Shown one piece after another: positions 1 through 7,965 of a stretch of DNA of 64,000 nt. Source of the stretch: Candidatus Anaeroferrophillacea bacterium (GTDB taxonomy: Bacteria; Desulfobacterota; Anaeroferrophillalia; Anaeroferrophillales; Anaeroferrophillaceae); the NCBI GenBank assembly GCA_016933675.1, contig JAFGAM010000126.1, positions 16,905-80,904 on the forward strand, given 5' to 3'. Position numbers and translations under genes: made by a program. The notes below the pieces were generated by a model that was not told where the DNA came from, made no database searches, and was given only the letters and a program-made list of their open reading frames with translations. How positions within the stretch are numbered: the first letter of the stretch is position 1; every line of letters begins with the position of its first letter.

Positions 1-33
1 CGAAGCCAAGGTTATCTAAGGGAGGATGATACC

Positions 34-1002
34 ATGAGTATAGTAGTGTTTGCCGAACAGCGGGAGGGAGCCCTCCGGAAGATTGCCACCGAGGTGGTGA
101 GTGAAGGGAAGCGCCTGGCGGCGGCCGCCGGCACCACCCTCAAGGTACTGCTTGCCGGCAGCGGCGTTGCCGGTCTGGCGGATGAGATCAAGACCTTCGG
201 CGCCGACGAGATCGCCGTGGTCGACAACGATGCGTTGAAGGATTACTCCACCGAGACCTATGCCGCGGTGCTTGCCGCTTATCTCCAGCAGGAGAATCCG
301 GAGCTGGTGCTGCTGGGCCACAGCGCTATCGGCAAGGATCTGGCGCCCCGGGTAGCGGCTCGGCTCGATGCCGGTCTGGTACCCGACTGCGTCAAGATCG
401 ATTATGCCGACGGTGATTTCAGTTTTGTTCACCCGGTTTACGCCGGTAAGGCCCTGGCGACCTACAAGGTGAAGTCCGCGGTGAAGATCGCCACCCTGCG
501 GCCCAATGTCTTCGCCGCCGCGGAACAGGCCGGCGCCGGCGCGGTAAGCGATTTCGCCGCCGATATCCCTGCTTCCCGCACCACCCTCAAGGAGATGGTG
601 GTCTCCGGCGGCGACCGGCCGGAATTGACCGAAGCCGATGTCATTTGCTCCGGTGGCCGCGGCCTCGGCAAGCCGGAAGGCTTCGAGATCATCGAGCAGC
701 TTGCCGATGCGCTCGGCGCCGCGGTGGGTTCTTCCCGCGCCGCGGTTGACGCCGGCTGGCGTGAGCACCAGTATCAGGTGGGACAGACCGGCAAGGTGGT
801 GAGTCCGAACCTTTACGTTGCCTGCGGTATTTCCGGCGCTATCCAGCATCTCGCCGGCATGGGTTCCTCCAAATGCATCGTTGCGGTGAACAAGGATCCG
901 GAAGCCAATATCTTCAATGTCGCCGATTTTGGTATCGAGGGCGACCTCTACAAGGTGCTGCCGGAGCTGATCACCAAGCTCAAGGAAGTGACCGGCAACT
1001 GA
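34..1002 (+). CDS. etfA: electron transfer flavoprotein alpha subunit
   Basis: 322-aa ORF; ATG at 34 follows GGAGG; ETF-alpha hallmarks including the FAD-binding C-terminal segment ([24 protein letters not shown]); etfB presumably upstream off-window. Confidence 0.85.
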   Translation: MSIVVFAEQREGALRKIATEVVSEGKRLAAAAGTTLKVLLAGSGVAGLADEIKTFGADEIAVVDNDALKDYSTETYAAVLAAYLQQENPELVLLGHSAIGKDLAPRVAARLDAGLVPDCVKIDYADGDFSFVHPVYAGKALATYKVKSAVKIATLRPNVFAAAEQAGAGAVSDFAADIPASRTTLKEMVVSGGDRPELTEADVICSGGRGLGKPEGFEIIEQLADALGAAVGSSRAAVDAGWREHQYQVGQTGKVVSPNLYVACGISGAIQHLAGMGSSKCIVAVNKDPEANIFNVADFGIEGDLYKVLPELITKLKEVTGN

Positions 1003-1303
1003 TATATTTGTCGACCGGTTCATCTCCGATGGAACCGTAACAACTGCCAAAATGCGCCGAAATGGGATGGCGCAGCCGGGACGGATGATTAATCGCCTGT
1101 CCGGATTCGTGGCGCTTTCCTGCTGAAGAAGGCGGCGTTACCTCACGTCGGATGACGCGGCCGGCAGCGCCGTGAAGATGATGGGGTTTGGTTGCGAAGC
1201 CATCATCCGCACGTATGGTCCGGCGTGGGGCCGGGATGCCACAGGCATCCCGGCCCCACGCCAGACCGTGCCGATCTGGATACCGTGCCGAGTGGGAGGG
1301 GTA

Positions 1304-2449
1304 ATGGATTTTTCTCTGACCAACGATGAAAAGATGGTCCGCGATATGGTGCGCGATTTCGCCGGGGCGGAGCTGAAGCCGAAGGCGGCGGAACTCGACC
1401 GCGAACACCGCATGGATCTCGGCAGCCTGGCCAGAATGGCCGAACTCGGCCTCATGGGAATGAATATCCCGGCGGCATACGGCGGTGCCGAGGTCGGGGT
1501 GGTGCCCTACAGCCTGGCGATGACCGAGGTCGGTCGCGCCTGTGCCTCCACCGCGGTGACCATGTCGGTGACCAACATGGTGGCCGAGGTAATCTGCGCC
1601 TTCGGCAGTGAGGAACAGAAGCGGAAGTACGTGCCGCCCATCTGTAGCGGTATCTTCGCCGCCGGCGCCTTCGGTCTCACCGAGTCCATGGCGGGTTCCG
1701 ATCCCGCCGGGATGAAGACTCAGGCGGTGCGCGAAGGTGAGTTTTACCGCCTCAACGGCAGCAAGCTCTACATCACCAGCGCCGAGTATGCCGGGGTATT
1801 CGTGGTCTGGGCGATCACCGACCGCGGGGGGCCGCGGAGCCGCCGCATCAGTGCCTTCCTGGTGGAACATGACACCCCCGGCTTCACCATCGGCAAGGCC
1901 GAAGAAAAAATGGGTCAGCGGGGTTCGTCCACCAACGAGCTGATCCTCGAGGATTGCCTGGTACCGGCGGAAAACCTGCTCGGCGCCGAGGGCGACGGGC
2001 TTAAGATCGCCCTTATGGCCCTTGACGGCGGCCGCATCGGCATCGGCTCACTGGCCGTCGGCATTGGTCTCGAGGCAGTGGATTATGCCCGTGATTACGC
2101 CCGCGAGCGGTACCAGTTCGGTCGGCCCATCGCCGACTTCCAGGCCATCCAGTGGCAGCTCGCGGACAGCTATACCGAGCTTGAGAGCGGCCAGTTACTG
2201 GTACTCCGGGCGGCATATCTGAAACAGCGCAAGGAACCATTTTCCAAGGAGGCGTCCATGGGCAAGCTGTGGGCCTCGGAGGCGGCCAACCGCGCCTGCT
2301 ACAAGGCGATCCAGATTCTCGGCGGCAACGGCTACACTGCCGAATACCCCATCGAGCGTTTCTATCGTGATGTCCGGGTGACGACCATCTATGAAGGTAC
2401 GTCGGAAATCCAGCGCCTGGTTATCGCCCGGCAGATTCTCAATCAGTAG
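1304..2449 (+). CDS. acyl-CoA dehydrogenase
   Basis: ORF track frame 1172..2449; true start taken as ATG 1304 (MDFSLTNDEK) after GGGAGGGG RBS; ACAD family motifs (YGGAEVG, GSDPAGMKT, catalytic-base region QILGGNGYTAEYPIERFYRD). Confidence 0.85.
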   Translation: MDFSLTNDEKMVRDMVRDFAGAELKPKAAELDREHRMDLGSLARMAELGLMGMNIPAAYGGAEVGVVPYSLAMTEVGRACASTAVTMSVTNMVAEVICAFGSEEQKRKYVPPICSGIFAAGAFGLTESMAGSDPAGMKTQAVREGEFYRLNGSKLYITSAEYAGVFVVWAITDRGGPRSRRISAFLVEHDTPGFTIGKAEEKMGQRGSSTNELILEDCLVPAENLLGAEGDGLKIALMALDGGRIGIGSLAVGIGLEAVDYARDYARERYQFGRPIADFQAIQWQLADSYTELESGQLLVLRAAYLKQRKEPFSKEASMGKLWASEAANRACYKAIQILGGNGYTAEYPIERFYRDVRVTTIYEGTSEIQRLVIARQILNQ

Positions 2450-2461
2450 GAGGAGGAAAAC

Positions 2462-4138
2462 ATGTTCTCCCCGGATAAGATACATGCCGTCGAGGCGCGC
2501 AATCGGTCGTGGGATGAGCTCTACGTCCGGGCCACGGCCCGGAACCCCGAGCGGCTGCCGGCCTTCACCACGGTCTCCAACCTGGAGATCGGCAGGCTTT
2601 ATACCCCTGCCGATATCCGTGCCCTCGATTACCAGCGGGATCTCGGCAACCCCGGCGAATTTCCTTTCACCCGCGGGGTGCAGCCGACGATGTATCGCGG
2701 CCGCCTGTGGACCATGCGGCAATTCGCCGGGATGGGCGGTGCCGAGGATACCAACCGGCGCTTCCATTACCTGATGGAACACGGCGAGACCGGGCTCAGC
2801 ACCGCCTTCGACATGCCGACCCTGATGGGCTACGATTCCGACAGCTCCATGGCCCGCGGCGAGATCGGCAAGTGCGGCGTCGCCATCGACACCCTGGCGG
2901 ACATGGAGATCCTCTTCGACCGCATCCCTCTGGACCAGGTCACCACCTCCATGACCATCAATCCGCCGGCGACCATCCTGCTGGCGATGTACATCGCCGT
3001 GGCGGAGAAGAACGGCGTCGGGCGTGACCAGATTGGCGGCACCATCCAGAACGACATGCTCAAGGAGTTCATCGCCCAGAAAACCTTCATGCTGCCGCCG
3101 GAACCGTCGATGCGGATCATCGTCGACAGCGTCGAGTTCTGTACGAAAGAAGTGCCGCGCTGGAACACCATCAGCATCAGCGGTTACCATATCCGCGAGG
3201 CGGGCTCCACCGCCGCCCAGGAACTGGCCTTTACCCTGGCCGACGGAATCGGCTACGTCCAGGCCTGTATCGACCGTGGTCTGAACGTCGACGACTTCGC
3301 CCCGCGGTTGTCCTTCTTTTTCAACGCCCACATGGATTTCTTCGAGGAGATCGCCAAGTACCGTGCCGCCCGGCGTATCTGGGCGCGGGTGATGAGGGAG
3401 CGCTTCCACGCCAGGAGCGAGCGCTCCATGATGCTGCGCTTCCACACCCAGACGGCAGGGTGTTCGCTTACCGCCCAGCAGCCCTATAACAACGTGGTGC
3501 GTACCGCCTACCAGGGGCTCTCGGCGGTCCTCGGCGGCACCCAGTCACTGCACACCAACTCCCTTGACGAAACCCTGGCGTTGCCGACGGAACACGCGGT
3601 GACCATCGCCCTGCGCACCCAGCAGATCATCGCCGAGGAGATCGGCGTCACCAACACCATCGACCCCTTGGGCGGATCCTATTTCGTCGAGGCCCTGACT
3701 GACGAGATGGAACGGCAGGCAATGGATTATATTAACAAGATTGACGACATGGGCGGCATACTTAAAGCGATTGAAGTGGGTTATCCACAACATGAGATCG
3801 CCGATGCCGCCTATACCTACCAGACCCAGGTGGACGCTGGCGAGAAGGTCGTGGTCGGGGTCAACAAGTACCGCATGGAGGAAGATTTGAACATCGACCT
3901 CCTGCGCATCGACCCCGAGGTCGAGCGGCGCCAGCTCCAGCGGCTTGAAAAGATCAGGGCGGAGCGTGACAGTGCCAGGGTGCAGGCCTGCCTGCAGGCC
4001 ATCGAGGACGCCTCCCGGGGCAGCGACAACCTGCTGCCTCACCTCATCGAGGCGGTGAAAAACTACGTGACACAGCAGGAAATCTGCGATACCTGGCGCC
4101 GGGTTTATGGTCGGTACACCGATCCCGGCATGTTCTAG
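2462..4138 (+). CDS. methylmalonyl-CoA mutase family, large (substrate-binding TIM-barrel) subunit
   Basis: 558 aa; [24 protein letters not shown] and [14 protein letters not shown] are classic acyl-CoA mutase motifs; B12-binding domain absent, so split-subunit type; RBS GGAGGAGG before ATG. Confidence 0.85.
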   Translation: MFSPDKIHAVEARNRSWDELYVRATARNPERLPAFTTVSNLEIGRLYTPADIRALDYQRDLGNPGEFPFTRGVQPTMYRGRLWTMRQFAGMGGAEDTNRRFHYLMEHGETGLSTAFDMPTLMGYDSDSSMARGEIGKCGVAIDTLADMEILFDRIPLDQVTTSMTINPPATILLAMYIAVAEKNGVGRDQIGGTIQNDMLKEFIAQKTFMLPPEPSMRIIVDSVEFCTKEVPRWNTISISGYHIREAGSTAAQELAFTLADGIGYVQACIDRGLNVDDFAPRLSFFFNAHMDFFEEIAKYRAARRIWARVMRERFHARSERSMMLRFHTQTAGCSLTAQQPYNNVVRTAYQGLSAVLGGTQSLHTNSLDETLALPTEHAVTIALRTQQIIAEEIGVTNTIDPLGGSYFVEALTDEMERQAMDYINKIDDMGGILKAIEVGYPQHEIADAAYTYQTQVDAGEKVVVGVNKYRMEEDLNIDLLRIDPEVERRQLQRLEKIRAERDSARVQACLQAIEDASRGSDNLLPHLIEAVKNYVTQQEICDTWRRVYGRYTDPGMF

Positions 4139-4150
4139 GGAGGACGGGAC

Positions 4151-4549
4151 ATGGAAAGAAAGATCAAGGTACTGGTAGCCAAGCCGGGGCTTGACGGCCA
4201 CGACCGTGGTGCCAAGGTGGTGGCCCGGGGGCTTCGGGACGCCGGTTTCGAAGTGGTTTATACCGGGCTGCACCAGACCCCGGAGCAGATCGTCGCCACC
4301 GCGGTTCAGGAGGATGTGGACGTCATTGGTCTCAGCAGCCTGGCGGGGGCGCACATGTATCTCTTTCCCCGGGTAGTGGAGCTGCTGCATGAACAGGGAG
4401 CGGCTGACATCGTCGTTTTCGGCGGCGGCATTATCCCTGTGGAGGATGCACCCGCACTTGCAAAGGCCGGGGTTAAGGCGATATTCACCCCCGGTTCGCC
4501 GGTGGCGGAAACGGTGAACTGGATCCGTGCAAACATCCGGCCATCATGA
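4151..4549 (+). CDS. acyl-CoA mutase small subunit, cobalamin-binding domain
   Basis: 132 aa; B12-binding motif [11 protein letters not shown] (DxHxxG), Rossmann-like pattern; immediately downstream of large subunit with GGGAGGACGGGAC-ATG. Confidence 0.85.
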   Translation: MERKIKVLVAKPGLDGHDRGAKVVARGLRDAGFEVVYTGLHQTPEQIVATAVQEDVDVIGLSSLAGAHMYLFPRVVELLHEQGAADIVVFGGGIIPVEDAPALAKAGVKAIFTPGSPVAETVNWIRANIRPS

Positions 4550-4599
4550 AGGTTTCGCTGCCCCGCTGATATATCGGTTGTTTTTGGAAAACATCCAAG

Positions 4600-4646
4600 G
4601 GCGTACCGGCATGGTGAGCAACACATCCTGCCGGCACGCCTTTTTT
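4600..4646. terminator. intrinsic terminator between convergent genes
   Basis: 12-bp stem (GGCGTACCGGCA / TGCCGGCACGCC, 1 mismatch), 17-nt loop, followed by TTTTTT at 4641-4646. Confidence 0.55.
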
Positions 4647-4746
4647 GATGGTTCCCCAGCGCTGCAGCTTGAGTCGCGGCGGCGTTCTGCCCTATATGTC
4701 TCGGTTTTCTTCGTTGCGCACCGTGTTGCGTCATGCGACCGCAGTA

Positions 4747-5376
4747 CTAGCCGCTGGCGGGAACATCGTCCAGTTCGGTGAATTCTTCCGCCACCCAGCC
4801 GTGGGTGCCGTCCGGTGTTCTGATGTACAGCCAGCCCGGCGCCGTGCCCCGGACGTGCAGCCGGATGCCCCGCGTCACCCGGCCGATGACGGCGAAGGTT
4901 ATTGCCGGCCCGGAGCGCAGGTTCAGTTCCTGCGCCGTAACCGTCACCATGTCGCCGGTTACCGTTTCCGGCACCAGCACCTCCGCCGGCGGGTTCACCA
5001 CCACGTAACCCGTTTGCCGCGGCTGGTAGTAGACATCCTGGTGACAGTAATAGGTGCGGTCGTCGACGATGACGGTGCGGTAGCCGCCGGGCAGGGTGGT
5101 GATGAACGCGCCGATCGGGGCGCGGACGACGATGTAACCGCGGGGCCCGTGACGATAGTAGAGGCCGTCGTGGAAAAAGAAGCTGATGCCCCCATGGATG
5201 AACGTGCGGTGGTGCTGGGGCAGGTGCGGCACCACCCGGCCGTAGGGCGGGCGATGATGACGCCGGTACGGTGGCCGGGCCTCGGCGGCGGTGATGGTGG
5301 TGCCGATGGTGCCCGCGGTCAAGATGCCGGCGAGCAGCAGGGTGGCGGCGCGGTTCATGAGACGGGGTGTCTTCAT
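4747..5376 (-). CDS. secreted protein with C-terminal bacterial SH3 (SH3b) domain
   Basis: 209 aa; N-terminal signal peptide (MKTPRLMNRAATLLLAGILTAG...AEA); C-terminal LNLRSGP...GWLYIRTPDGTHGWV matches SH3_3 pattern; Tyr/Arg/Pro-rich middle. Confidence 0.55.
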   Translation of the reverse strand: MKTPRLMNRAATLLLAGILTAGTIGTTITAAEARPPYRRHHRPPYGRVVPHLPQHHRTFIHGGISFFFHDGLYYRHGPRGYIVVRAPIGAFITTLPGGYRTVIVDDRTYYCHQDVYYQPRQTGYVVVNPPAEVLVPETVTGDMVTVTAQELNLRSGPAITFAVIGRVTRGIRLHVRGTAPGWLYIRTPDGTHGWVAEEFTELDDVPASG

Positions 5377-5483
5377 GGCGGTTGTCTCCTTTCCGTTTCA
5401 TCATCGTTGACAAGGGCGATTTCGTGCCTGGTTGCGGCAGCCAGGAAAACCATGGCCACCCAATAAAATCGCCACTAAAATCA

Positions 5484-5994
5484 TCACTCGACGCGGGGGG
5501 GCCGTTCCTGTTGCCGGCCGCCGTGCCGCGGCCGGTCGGAGTCCTCGTTGCCGGGGCGAATTGCCGGCGGCCGCGGCGGCCGGCGAATGATTTCCGCCAG
5601 CAGGACGCGTTCGTCCCGGTCGAGCTGTCGGGCCAGTTCAATGGTGGTTTCGGTCAACCGGTCCATGAGCTGTCCGCGCCGGTGGTGAATTTCCTCCGCC
5701 TGGCGTCGGAAGGCGGCTTCGTCGAAGGTCGGCGCGGTCAGAATTGCAATGGCCGCTTCGCGGCCGGCACGGATCTCCCGGTAGAGTTGACGGTTGCGGC
5801 GGTGAACCTCCCGGAGGCGTTCGCGTACCAGCTGGCGTCGATCTTCGGGCAGTTGTTCGGTAACCCGGTCGAGCCGCTCCCGCAGCGGGTGCGAATGGCG
5901 AAATTGCCGCGGCAGCAGGCCGATCAGCAGGCCCGCCAGGAGCATGTTGGCCAGCAGCGACAGGATCAGCAGAATTTTCAGTGACCGGCTCATA
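5484..5994 (-). CDS. periplasmic Spy/CpxP/ZraP-like (LTXXQ-type) stress protein
   Basis: ORF track 5484..6302; start taken at ATG (CAT 5992-5994) after GGGAGA; MSRSLKILLILSLLANMLLAG signal/anchor; helical, Arg/Glu-rich repeats typical of the heavy-metal-sensor/Spy family; overlaps the anti-sigma gene by 5 nt. Confidence 0.5.
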
Positions 5995-6475
5995 GGATTT
6001 CTCCCTGGTAGTCCAGCGCCGCCTGCAGGCCGATGGCGGCGGGCTGCGTGGCGGCGGCGGTGATGCCCGTCGACATCGGCAGGCTGAAGCCGATGATGAT
6101 GCCGGCCAGCAGCATGGTTGCCATGACGATGGCCGGGGCGGGGAGGTGGAAGTCGGCGAAGAGCCTGGTGATGAACCCCCGCAGAGACGCCGGTTCCGGT
6201 GGTCGCCGGGCGGTCGGCAGCGCGGCGGCGACGATGCGGGCGGCAAGATCCGCCGGCGCTGCCGGGGGCTGCGGCTGGTTTGCCAGCAGCGATTCGAAAC
6301 ACCGTTCCGCGGTTACCAGCACTGCCAGATCTGGTTGCCGGGCGAGGATCGCCGCCCGCTCCCGGCGCGCCGTCGCCGGCCAGCGGTCGACATCGCTGCC
6401 GTAAAGCGGCAGAAGGTACCCCAACCTGCTATCGTCCCTGTTCCCGTTTCCGTCCGTGCCGTGTCCGTGTTTCAT
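5990..6475 (-). CDS. putative membrane-anchored anti-sigma factor
   Basis: about 161 aa; sits directly downstream of the ECF sigma gene (2-nt gap); single TM segment near the C-terminus (IVMATMLLAGIIIGF); no recognisable catalytic domain. Confidence 0.45.
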   Translation of the reverse strand: MKHGHGTDGNGNRDDSRLGYLLPLYGSDVDRWPATARRERAAILARQPDLAVLVTAERCFESLLANQPQPPAAPADLAARIVAAALPTARRPPEPASLRGFITRLFADFHLPAPAIVMATMLLAGIIIGFSLPMSTGITAAATQPAAIGLQAALDYQGEIL

Positions 6476-6477
6476 TG

Positions 6478-7053
6478 TCAATCCCCGGAAAGGCTTCCCA
6501 GTTCCTGTTTCAGTGTCCGCTTGGCGCGGATCAGCAGCGACTGCAGCGCCTTAAGCGAAACCCCCATGATCTCCGCCGCTTCCCGGTTGCGGTGTTCTTC
6601 GTAGAAGCACAGTACCAGGGCCGCCTTTTGCCGCGGCGGCAGGCGCTCCAGCGCTGCCGCCAGGCGGCGGTGACGGCGGAGTTCGTCCACCAGGTGTTCA
6701 GGATTCTCGCTGCCGTCGGCTGCGGGGTCCGGACCATCGGCCGGCACTTCCGGCCGGTATTTCCGCATCCGGTCGAGGCAGAGGTTGACGACGACGCGGT
6801 AAAACCAGGTGGTGAACCTGACCCCGCGGCGGTGGTCGAAGCGTTCCGGCTGCTGCCAGAGCCGGAGGAATGCCTCCTGAACCGTGTCGGCGGCATCCGC
6901 GTCGTCGCGCAGCAGCCGCCAGGCCAGGCGGAAGAAGCGTTCGTGGTGCCGCTCCACCAGCTCGGCGAATGCCGGCCGGTCGCCGTGCGTGACGCGCTCG
7001 AGCAGCTCCCGGTCATTCCGCGGCTGATCGTTGTCCGCCGCTGCCGTCATCAT
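6478..7053 (-). CDS. ECF-type RNA polymerase sigma factor (sigma-70 family)
   Basis: 191 aa; region 2 (FAELVERHHERFFRLAWRLLRDDADAADTVQEAFLRLW) and region 4 HTH (REAAEIMGVSLKALQSLLIRAKRTLKQEL). Confidence 0.85.
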   Translation of the reverse strand: MMTAAADNDQPRNDRELLERVTHGDRPAFAELVERHHERFFRLAWRLLRDDADAADTVQEAFLRLWQQPERFDHRRGVRFTTWFYRVVVNLCLDRMRKYRPEVPADGPDPAADGSENPEHLVDELRRHRRLAAALERLPPRQKAALVLCFYEEHRNREAAEIMGVSLKALQSLLIRAKRTLKQELGSLSGD

Positions 7054-7187
7054 CGTTTACGTCCATTGCAGAAATGGCATCCGGGTCCGGCCGGGCGGCG
7101 GATCGGGACTCGATCCACCGCCCGGCCGGGGCGGTCATTTATTGCCGCCGCCTCGCCGGTGGTGCTTGAGACATAGCGGAGAACAAC

Positions 7188-7664
7188 TCAGGGCCGGGTG
7201 CCACGGTGTCCATGGAATCCGCCACGGCCGCCACCGAAACGCCGTTCCAGCACCTCGGCAAGGATCTCCCGCTCCGCGGCGGTAAAGGACCGGGCGAGGG
7301 TGAGGACCGCATCCTGCATGATCGCGTGGCGTTGCCGGTGCAGCTCCTGCATGGTGTCGGCGGCGTCCTGCCACTGTTCCTCGGCGAAGGTTTCCGCCGC
7401 CATGATCGCTTTCAGCGCGAGGCGTTGAGCGGCGATTTCCCCGTTCAAAGCCGCGGCCCGGTCCCGGGCGTCGCGCATGGTCTGATGAAAGAGCATTTCC
7501 TTGTCGGCCGGCAACTGCTGCAGCAGCAGCCGGCGGCTTTGTTCCGGGCGGTGATCGCCCGGGCCCGAATCACTGGCCGCCATCACCGGGGTGCCGGTTG
7601 CCAGGGCAAACATTACCGTGAGGATAATGACCATTGCCGTTGCCGTCGATTTGATACCTACCAT
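7188..7664 (-). CDS. periplasmic Spy/CpxP/ZraP-like protein with Gly/His-rich C-terminus
   Basis: 158 aa; signal peptide; helical LTXXQ-like body; C-terminal GGGRGGFHGHRG resembles the ZraP metal-binding tail. Confidence 0.5.
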   Translation of the reverse strand: MVGIKSTATAMVIILTVMFALATGTPVMAASDSGPGDHRPEQSRRLLLQQLPADKEMLFHQTMRDARDRAAALNGEIAAQRLALKAIMAAETFAEEQWQDAADTMQELHRQRHAIMQDAVLTLARSFTAAEREILAEVLERRFGGGRGGFHGHRGTRP

Positions 7665-7965
7665 GTCTGGTTCTCCTTGTGCAGTGATTTCTTGAAAATG
7701 GGGTTTATGGTGCAGTCATCAGCGTGCCGCGGCGGCTGCTTCACCGACTGATACGACCCGGCAGGGAGAAAGTACGCGCTGAAATATGTTGTTACCGGCG
7801 GAAAGTACATCGGCAGGCGGGGATGAAAACGAATTTCATTCAGGGGATGGTTGCTTTCCGAGCGCGAAATCGATATAGTAATTGGCTCATTTGCGGAATG
7901 AAGATGGAGTTGTTACGAAGTCACCGGGAGATGATGTCCGGATCAAGCCGTCCGGGGAGTAGTGG

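Noticed and set aside
16-1050. Long antisense and overlapping ORFs throughout the window (e.g. 16..1050 -, 2195..3445 -, 4544..5641 -, 7921..9918 -, 10779..11498 +, 22459..23289 -, 24993..26345 +, 31241..34027 -)
   Set aside because: Each lies opposite or out of frame relative to a strongly supported gene with recognisable family motifs. Long spurious ORFs are expected at about 64% GC, and none has its own RBS or domain.
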